From contig JALDZX010000020.1 of NCBI GenBank assembly GCA_022813865.1, positions 124,001 through 188,000 of the forward strand: a stretch of 64,000 bases of DNA. Direction: 5' to 3'. Under the pieces are notes generated by a model, which did no database searches, was not told the DNA's origin, and worked only from the letters and a program-made list of their open reading frames with translations. Made by a program: the position numbers and the translations under genes. Below are positions 55,798 through 64,000 of this stretch, one piece after another (positions within the stretch are counted from its first letter, which is position 1; every line of letters begins with the position of its first letter). This DNA comes from Xylographa opegraphella (Eukaryota).

Positions 55798-57888
55798 CTA
55801 CCAAGCATACCCCCCATCCCCAGGTAGCCCGTCGTCTCCATCCCAGTCCTCGTCGCCACTGAGTTCCTCGTCGAGGAAGTCCCTTTCACTGAACTGGTTC
55901 TCTGCCGGTCGCAAATTATCGATCCGTATATCTACCACATCACACATCCCGTGTATGAACAATTGCTCATCTCCATCTTCCTTACTTAGCGTAGGTGGTG
56001 GTTCGAAACTAATGTTATTGGAAGGTCCTGGCTCAGATTGATCTGCTAGGCTTGTCGAAGATGCACGATCATCATAATTTACAGCACGTTCTTGTTCCTT
56101 CAGTCGCTTGCTGCGTCTTGTATTACGAGGAGCAGTTGGCGTGTCGCTATTGCTCTCTGAGCTAACGATGACTTTTGGTATTGCAACATGACTGAGCTGC
56201 TGACTTGCCTTGCGGCGTAAGTCCGAGCGCTTACGTGGGAAGTCAGGCTGAGTTATATCAAATGTCGTGAGATTACTCTCAGTAAGGGGAAATCTCGGTA
56301 TGAATATTTCTGTCGGAGGAGGTGAACGCCTGAGGAAGACCTTATGCAACCTGCCGATCCATCGGTCACGGTAGCTAGCCCGATCTCTCCAACCGATGCC
56401 TTCGATGCTAACCTTTAGTACCAAGTTACGTAGCTGTAGTAGATCTGGTGCAGAATTTATGAGTGATCGAAGGAATACCTCCGCACTGTCGGAGTACCAC
56501 TTCCGAAGCTGAAGCAGCTCGATAGATCGAAGTGTGGTAGGCCAGGTAGGCACAATTCCAGGAAGAAGCAGAGCTCCGAATTTGGGTTCCGCATCGTAAG
56601 AGGTAGAGTAAGGACTAAAGAACGTCATTTTCATAGAGAATATTTCCAAAAGAGGACATGCAATGGCAAAGTCAACTAGAAAAGCGAGGTCGAGGGATTG
56701 ATTGTGGTCCAATATTAGCTCACGGAGACCGCTCCCGTGCGTAAGGAGAAAGGCATGCAAAGAGTCTGATGTGAGCGCTGAACAGCTAGCGATTCGCAGA
56801 GACTCCAGGCCCCGCGGTAGTAATGGAAGCAACTTCCCACTATATGTAGCCCATGACTCCAGATTTAATCGTGACAGGTTCGGTAAAGCTTTGATCGCTT
56901 CTGCAAGGTCTGACTCCGTCATAGCCTGCTTGCTTTCGTACTTGACGATCGATAGACTGCGCAAGGTCTGGAATGGGGCTTCGGAATGCAGATCCTTCAA
57001 GACTGTCCAAGGATATGAGTCCCGGGTGGCACCAGGACGGTTGAAATTGAGGTTCCATTTCCACTTGAGCAGCTTCACTTTGGTTTCACGTAACGCATCA
57101 AACATCGCTCTATTATAGACGGCCCCCGGCCTTTTATTGACTAAGGAGAGCTGTGTGCGGTACTCAGGTTGATCTGATAGCAAGTGTATGCCTATGCCAC
57201 GAACTTGTGGGGTAACACGTATCAGCTCATCGAGACTGATCGGATCAAAGCCTGAGTATTTGTGTAATAAGACGTAGGTTGCCTCGATCTCCAGATACTT
57301 GACTTTGCTTTTGTAGTTGTAGGTGGATGCTGGGCTTTGAGCGCTCAGATGAGCCAGAAGACCTCGTGCTCTTGTAGGCGGATAGAGAGGTGGAGAATAG
57401 TACAAAGCGGAAAGAGCTGGTTCGGCGAAGGCTCTACAGACTAAAGCGCTGCGCAGCAGCCAAGTGATGGCAGGAGTTGGTGTAAATGTGTTGTCGCAAA
57501 GTGGATATGCTGCGTATTGAAAAATTTGTAAAAGAACCTCGTATGGCAAAGTCTGCCATGGTAGCGAATATCTAGTCATTGTATCCATTCCGCCACCTCG
57601 TTCTTCGATGTGATTGTAATTGTTCAATGTAGGATCAAGCCTGGCCTTCTTTTTGAGTGGACGGCCTAGACTCGTGGACTGTATCTTCCGCTTTCTGACA
57701 ACAGGATTGGTGCGAGGCTGTTTTTTGCTCCTTAGGGATCTTCTAGGCATAGCATGCTGGGCATACGACTCATTGGGAATTGCATAGTCACTGCTTTCCG
57801 ACGACGACGATGATGACTCCCTGTAGGTGATGCGTCGTCGACTTGGCTTCGTGCGGCCAGCACTGGACTTGGATGAGCGGGTTTGCAT
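55798..57888 (-). CDS. F-box-like / leucine-rich-repeat (RNI-like) protein
   Basis: WQTLPYEVLLQIFQYA..ALVCRAFAEPALSALY, then LxxLxL repeats (LRSLSI, LSRLNL, LESLRI, LRELIL). Basic N-terminus and acidic C-terminus. Confidence 0.82.
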   Translation of the reverse strand: MQTRSSKSSAGRTKPSRRRITYRESSSSSSESSDYAIPNESYAQHAMPRRSLRSKKQPRTNPVVRKRKIQSTSLGRPLKKKARLDPTLNNYNHIEERGGGMDTMTRYSLPWQTLPYEVLLQIFQYAAYPLCDNTFTPTPAITWLLRSALVCRAFAEPALSALYYSPPLYPPTRARGLLAHLSAQSPASTYNYKSKVKYLEIEATYVLLHKYSGFDPISLDELIRVTPQVRGIGIHLLSDQPEYRTQLSLVNKRPGAVYNRAMFDALRETKVKLLKWKWNLNFNRPGATRDSYPWTVLKDLHSEAPFQTLRSLSIVKYESKQAMTESDLAEAIKALPNLSRLNLESWATYSGKLLPLLPRGLESLRIASCSALTSDSLHAFLLTHGSGLRELILDHNQSLDLAFLVDFAIACPLLEIFSMKMTFFSPYSTSYDAEPKFGALLLPGIVPTWPTTLRSIELLQLRKWYSDSAEVFLRSLINSAPDLLQLRNLVLKVSIEGIGWRDRASYRDRWIGRLHKVFLRRSPPPTEIFIPRFPLTESNLTTFDITQPDFPRKRSDLRRKASQQLSHVAIPKVIVSSESNSDTPTAPRNTRRSKRLKEQERAVNYDDRASSTSLADQSEPGPSNNISFEPPPTLSKEDGDEQLFIHGMCDVVDIRIDNLRPAENQFSERDFLDEELSGDEDWDGDDGLPGDGGYAW

Positions 57889-58761
57889 GATCAAGACGAA
57901 GTATCTTAAAGAGTGAGAGGCATCAGAAGTGTAAGCCGTGGATAGACATGAGTCGCACTGTTGTCTGGGTTGTCTCTGTTCTGCCTCTCGCCAGCGTCAC
58001 TTCACGAGTTCACAAATGGTCGTCACTGTGCATTTAGAGTTCGGCCTGGGCTTAGGACTACCACAGTAGCTGCGGCAGCCCCCTGCTCGCAAGTGGATCG
58101 CGCTCGCTAGGACTAAGGTAGTCCTGACCGTATCACGTGCCATCACTCTCGAGTCTCCGCGCACCGCGAAAGTCGCTGGCCATACCTTTAATGTCAGGTA
58201 GTACACATATGTGCTCACATACCCGCTACTTGGCCGGCGTTGTATAAACATACTGTAACTCTCTATGCAGCTGACCAGTAATTATATCGGCTTCTCGTTG
58301 CCCATTCGTTCCACTCACGTTTGTTCTTGGTCATCAACAGAGCGCGACCTGATTTTCTGCTCTTGGCGCTGTTTTCCTGACCTCCCTCTCACAACTTACC
58401 ACAAGCGCCTACAGATCGGATTTGCCGTTTCAACGATATTCAACTTCTGTGTATCTGCCATCAAATGACTTTGCATATGTGAAAAGCGCATGAGGGGAAG
58501 GAGCTGGATCATAAGATGCTGTGAATGCAGGTAAGCCTGCTACATTTGTATCCAATAGTCCCACCCTCTATTTACTTTCTCACACTTCCAAAGTCAATGC
58601 GTCAGAAAAAAATCAGATGATACTGGCTGATTTGTTCAGTCAGTTTCTGGGTCCAAATGACGAACCGACCTTAGCAATGTTGTCAGCCACTGCTTGGAAA
58701 ACATTCTGTGGTCTACACAAAAGTCGAATGCCGAGTGATAAATCATCAGGCTGGATGCAGC

Positions 58762-61635
58762 ATGAATGCCAATTCTGACAGAGAATTTCAGAGGAAATTT
58801 GTAGGAAACTTACTTTTTTATCGTGACCTCAGCTTTAATCGACCTCGGAGATTCTTACAGCGTAACGTCCTCAAGTTTCTACACTACCACCAGTACAAGC
58901 GTAAATATCGTCTACGCAAGCACAAAGTTCCGGACCAAACAACGATGAGCTCATCAAGTGAGCGTGGTCAGATCTTGCAGACGTCATGTCAGCCTCTCCA
59001 TTCTTCTTGGAGCATGGGCGAGATTTATAGCAAGCTTGAAAAAGGCATCACTGGTGCTGAATCACCAGTCCTGAGAATCAACTTGACGGGTATCAGAGAT
59101 CGAAAGGCTGTCTATAGAAACTTGCCTGAACAGAGTCCCTCATTGAAGCGTATTAGAACAACTTCTGTTCATGCACAATGTCTTCTAACAATATGGCCCG
59201 CCAGTTTTAGTAAAAAGGAGGATTTGACAGTTCTCGTAAAACAATCGAAGTCATGCATTATCGAAGCCGGCACTAAAGAATCTGGTGAGAGGATAGCTAC
59301 TATCACTATGGAATCGCCTTTCTTTGTAAGATTGGACGATCTCCTCATCACGGGCCAAGGCCCTCCCAATGGCTACAGCACTCACAAGTATGACATGCAA
59401 ATGTCCCTTTTGCCAGCCAATGCAACAGATCCTTGGCCACCAATAGACTTTTTAGCACCACCGCCGAAAGTCAGTGAAAGGATGGAAGCCGATGGACCTG
59501 TACGGTTTCCGATGCTGTTAGCAAAGTGGAGAAAGCTTCCGCAGCTTCCAGAGACAAGTACTGAGTCATTGCTGGAAGGTTTGGCTTATCAAGATGGCAA
59601 AAGATACAAGACCAAGCTGAGTCTGAAATTGGAGGCGGCATGGGGCTCGCCACCGAGTCAGTTAGCTTTATATAATGCATCAAGACGGAAAGCTGCTCCA
59701 CCAATGCCCCACCTTTCAAGTCCTATTTCTGATCACGATACCTTGGGTCCAATCATCTCTGTTATTTGGATCTTCCAAGGGTTGTATAAGCACATGAAAC
59801 CAATCGAATTTGACGGTTATCTATGCCCATTGTGTGAAAGACGCCAATCAGTAAGCATGGATACATATGACTTTCATTTAGCCACCGGCCACGATTTGTT
59901 CAAATTCAAACTTGTGTCGAGAACCAGTTCAGCTGGAACTCGACGGAAGATCGATCTCGAAGTTCTTGTTGATGTTACGGATACGTTCGGTGTGAAGGCT
60001 TCGAATAATGCTCTTGATCAGCGTGAAATGAATTGGCAAAAACCCCAAACATTGTTTGACCTCGAAGCATTCCTGAAGGGTGACGAAGCCTGGATTGGAA
60101 GAGAGAACAGGAGCAACATTCGATTGGTTCTGCCACGTCCGACTCTAGGGAGCACCCCATCGCACTCAGGCGATTCACCTCAAATCGACATGCCAATTGT
60201 CAAACGGAGTAGAGCGGTCGAAGAGGTTCCAGACTTGCTACCCCCGGACCGCAAAAAATTCGCAGTGCCTCCTGCGCCTCCGGGAATCAAGTTCTTTCGG
60301 TTAACCGTCAAAAGACCTCTTCGTGAAGGAGAGTATATCAGTGAAAGTGATGACGAGATGGACGGAACCTGGCTTCTTCAAAAGCACAACGACACAATCG
60401 AAAGCTTCAGTGACATGTCACAATCAGAAAAACAGTTTATACAACGTTATGACAAACATATGCTTGGGGAGAACCTCTCGAGCAATCTGCACTTCCGTGA
60501 AGCATTGGTTCGATTCTGTAGGCTTAATAGGGAATGGCTTCAAGGGCGGGAAATGAACGTGGAATTCTACAAGAATGCGGCGCGACTTTTGCTGCAAGGG
60601 GTGATATCTCCGCAACTTTACCGTGATTGTGCAAACATAATATGCGCAAAGCAACCAATTGAATCGAAAGTCGGAATAACAGACGTTAGTGAGGATGAAT
60701 CACAAAAGGCAAAGCGCTCAAAATCTATAAATTTCCAGAGCCCTGCTTCAAAGGCGAAGCCTACGGACTCTCGAGAAAAGCTTCGTTCGCCCACAGAGGC
60801 AGTCCACCATTATGGAGAATGTTGTAAATGTTTCTCTCGTATATATAATATGCATATGATTATCAGATGTTCGGGTATCGTAAGTTCTGCTTGAATCAAC
60901 TATTCTGACTTGGTGCTGATCTCAATCCAGGATTGCAACGCACCTGATTTCCATCTGAAGTGTGTTGGGCTCGCTGAGCGTATTCCCGAATGGCTCTGTC
61001 CAAGTTGCGAGGAATCTTCACAAGGGCGGAATGGGACTTTAAGCTCATCAAATATTGTCACGAGGCGTGGTCTAGAGGGCTTCGGGCAATTGCAGCCGGG
61101 AAAATATGGCCCACAAACGTTGTCGACTGACAACAACGATAGCACATCAACCTATGTAAGGCAAGGACTTACAGGTCTTTCAAGAAAGTGCATGACTAGC
61201 GTTGAAAAGGTGGCTCCAAAGCAGCACGCAGAAGCGGCTGAAGCCCAAAATGTGGGAGAGAGTCTACTCAGTCGCAGGAAAGAAATCCCTGGCGCCTCTC
61301 TGTTTTCAAGACCATACGATCATCAGGGCTCCGCTAAAGATATACGAGAAGTTGATAAAAAAGGTGAATCTCCTCGCGGCAAATACCATCGTAACGAGAT
61401 TCCAGGGTCGGATTCCGATGCTATCCTTTCTGATGACTCTCCAGAATATAGCGTGACAGATGATGAGGATACCGGTTATGAGGACGTTGACGACGATTCC
61501 AGTGATCAAGAGCACGACCTTATGATGTCCGAAGAGGAGCGTATGCTTGAAGACAATCTAAATGAAGGGGCCCCAAAAAACATGTTTTCAAACTCCAAAT
61601 CTGCCAGGAGTGAGATTATGGACCAGGGTCCTTAA
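58762..61635 (+). CDS. Polycomb SUZ12-like protein (C2H2 zinc finger + VEFS box) with C-terminal PHD finger
   Basis: N-terminal FLQRNV; CPLC..HLATGH zinc finger; VEFS-like FFRLTVKRPL..SESDDEMDGTWLLQKHNDTIESFSDMSQSEKQFIQRYD. In-frame intron 60880-60930 completes a C4HC3 PHD. Confidence 0.8.
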
Positions 61636-62522
61636 GACCGTACAAGAGGATCTGACAATTGATGATAGGAAGATATTTCGAGCCAGATCGAAGCACTGGG
61701 TGAGGATCAGGGCAATCTTGCAATAGGAGCACATGTCATAATGGCCAAGGCGATGACCATTGATGCCGTTCGGTGCCAATTAGGGACGAATAGACAAGCC
61801 TTGACCTTGCGCAGTATGCACCAGCCGAAAAGAAATCCCAGCGATTTGCGATAGGACAGAGATGCTTTGTGCTGCCATCGGTCGAGTCTCCTCGAGTCTC
61901 CTCAACTGCGATATCAAATCAAGTGGCCAGAGCGCTTCTGGGCCGTGTGAGCGCGAAGATACTTAAAACCGTTTCAATATAGAATGCCCTGCTTGTGGCG
62001 AGGACAGAGAGCACAACTAAGAACGTCAGAGAACGTTAGTAGCTGATCTTACCACAGCACTGGCACTTTATTATCAGTACTTAAAGTGTCAGCCACAATC
62101 ATGAGCTTTCAAGAATGGGAATGGAAGAGGGCAACAGCGTGTATGTGATGCTGGTACCTGGTGAAGGGGATTGAGCTAAGAAAAATTGAAGTTGTGGACA
62201 CAGGGTTTTGGAGCACTAGAATGCCAGCGAGCATCTCTACCAGAAGGAAGAGCAGTAGTTCCGCGACGTTGTCCGGACAGCTCCAATAGTATATACTGAT
62301 GGCGACCTCCTTACAGTAGAGAAAGTGTAGAATACCTACTCATACAATAACAGAGTGACTCGTACTTCGTCATCTGACACCAAACATTCTACTAGCAATT
62401 CCCCGTGGGGAAGGAAGCACGCGATTGACTCGTGCCGATCGTCGCAAATAGCCGCCTCCATATAAATTTGACTAGCATGTCCTACATTCTCGGCTCAGCT
62501 AACATGGAGTACAACGTACGCA

Positions 62523-63423
62523 ATGCAGGTCGTCGTACTCCTTCGATTCTTGCTGCTAGGCATAATCGTCAGCGCAAATGTAGAGAAAGTCATTTTTCTA
62601 GGTCCCGAAACACCTTCACTTAAGCAGGTCTCCGCGCCTCCGCTTTTACACCTGGAAATATTGTCTCCATCTCGACTGTCACTTCGTCGACAATTGCTCG
62701 CCAGATTCCCAGCGACACCAGCCTCATGGACATTGTCAGAATCCTGGATACTCGTTGATGGCCTGCAAGCTTCTCGCCGGTACGAAGTACGTGTTTGTTG
62801 GAGTGCTACTGTATGTATGCGTCCGAAGTTTGCATGGATCAGATATGTGACCCTGTGACAGCAATATCCATGGTAGTATAATCAGACTTAAGTCGATGGC
62901 TAACAATTCAAGTAGCAACCAACGTCGTTCGAGCTCTCTATCCATGATCCAGCAACGGTGTTTCAGAAGCCAATACTGAACCAATCCGTACACGAAATCT
63001 CTGAAGCCCAGCTCATTAGAACAAACAGTAGAGGAAACCACCAGAGTAGTTACAGCCTGGTCGACTACAGCACGAAAAACGCTGTCTCAAGCCTTTTGCT
63101 TCACATCTCCGCAGCCGCAGATTACTATTCACGAAACACTACATTGATGCGAGATGGCTTGTTAGTAGACTTGGATATCAGTGAGCTATAACTATTCTCG
63201 TCGGGAATGGTTCTAACGCGATTCTCCTAAAGTACTTGATCCATATTTACTCAATATCTTCCCGCAGTCCCTTGTTCCTACCGCTATCTATCTAGTCGTT
63301 CTGGCGGTTTTATCCTGGGTTCTCTCGAATTACGTATGGCAGTGGTTCAGATTGCTCACGCAATCTGACGGGCAAGACCCACAGCATCCGGGGGCAGAAA
63401 GCCTTCGAAAGAAACGGAGGTAG
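62523..63423 (+). CDS. PGA1: Pga1-like GPI-mannosyltransferase II co-activator
   Basis: Signal peptide followed by NVEKVIF, RYEVRVCWSATQPTSF, AAADYYS, ILDPYLLNIFPQSL, TM helix, C-terminal KKRR*. Introns at 62811-62915 and 63181-63232. Confidence 0.82.
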
Positions 63424-63433
63424 GAGCATTAGG

Positions 63434-63808
63434 ATGAATGCAGCTACAGGTACTACCGCCTCAGACACAAGGCGAAGCTCCTTAGGTGGCTTACCAGCAG
63501 AGTTGCTGATGAATATTTTTGACCGTCTGAACATTCTCGATTTTCCCTCACTCATATGTGCCATTTTCCCACTTTTGAGGCAGCATGGGATCGTACCATT
63601 TACCTCAACGCGAGAGCTTTCGGCCATGATGAGAGCAGCAACACATGGTCGATTTCAGTTGCGGCCGACTGCCCAGGACTCTGCCGCTCCTCTAGGAATC
63701 GGTGGTCTGCCCCCAGAACTTCGTCTACACCTGAATCAATACTTGACCACTGCGGAGAAGATCAACTTCGCAATTGCGACGTGGCGCCTCTATACCATTA
63801 CGTCTTGA
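63434..63808 (+). CDS. 124-aa protein made of two F-box-like motifs
   Basis: SLGGLPAELLMNIFDRL and GIGGLPPELRLHLNQYLTTAEKINFAIA. Confidence 0.62.
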   Translation: MNAATGTTASDTRRSSLGGLPAELLMNIFDRLNILDFPSLICAIFPLLRQHGIVPFTSTRELSAMMRAATHGRFQLRPTAQDSAAPLGIGGLPPELRLHLNQYLTTAEKINFAIATWRLYTITS

Positions 63809-64000
63809 ATGAACCCAAAGTCAGCGAAGGCTGAAGTGGATTTCCATGAACCATGAAGCATCTTTTTGATGGGGCTTCTCGCCTCATATTGGAATTGTTT
63901 CGACTGGGGTCGTGATGACCAGCCTTTCGTCGGCCGACAAGGCATTTGACATAATTAGGTGAAGAGACTTGACTCCTCTCGTTGGTGACTCTCTGTCCGC

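Noticed and set aside
62811..62915. Nested intron or microexon within PGA1 intron 1
   Set aside because: The internal ACAG/GTAGTA sites would insert an 11-nt frameshifting exon; a single 105-nt intron already restores the conserved WSATQPT.

Overview
Gene-dense, intron-containing eukaryotic DNA from a filamentous ascomycete (Pezizomycotina). The evidence is short GT..CTAAC..AG introns and typical fungal housekeeping proteins; I cannot fix the exact lineage. About 30 protein-coding genes can be reconstructed by hand-splicing. Conserved core genes are UFD1, LIN1, RVB2, BRX1, a Rab11/YPT31, ATP2, COX5, MCX1/ClpX, glycogen branching enzyme, GAPDH, EMC7 and a PGA1-like gene. Chromatin genes are a Chp1-like chromodomain protein and a SUZ12-like VEFS protein carrying an extra spliced-on PHD finger. 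The window also holds two divergent WW-domain low-complexity proteins, a non-RD kinase missing from the ORF track, six F-box-like genes, and a cell-surface block (DUF3712, CFEM, a secreted peptide precursor, GT69). The most notable signals are: (i) a 146-aa secreted prepro-peptide with nine consecutive X-Ala/X-Pro dipeptides ahead of a His/Gly/Ala-rich core; (ii) a tiny double-F-box ORF starting only 10 nt after the PGA1-like stop codon (possible bicistron); (iii) the SUZ12-PHD fusion. I found no tRNA, rRNA, CRISPR array or recognisable transposon. All family assignments come from motif recognition by eye; no database search was run.
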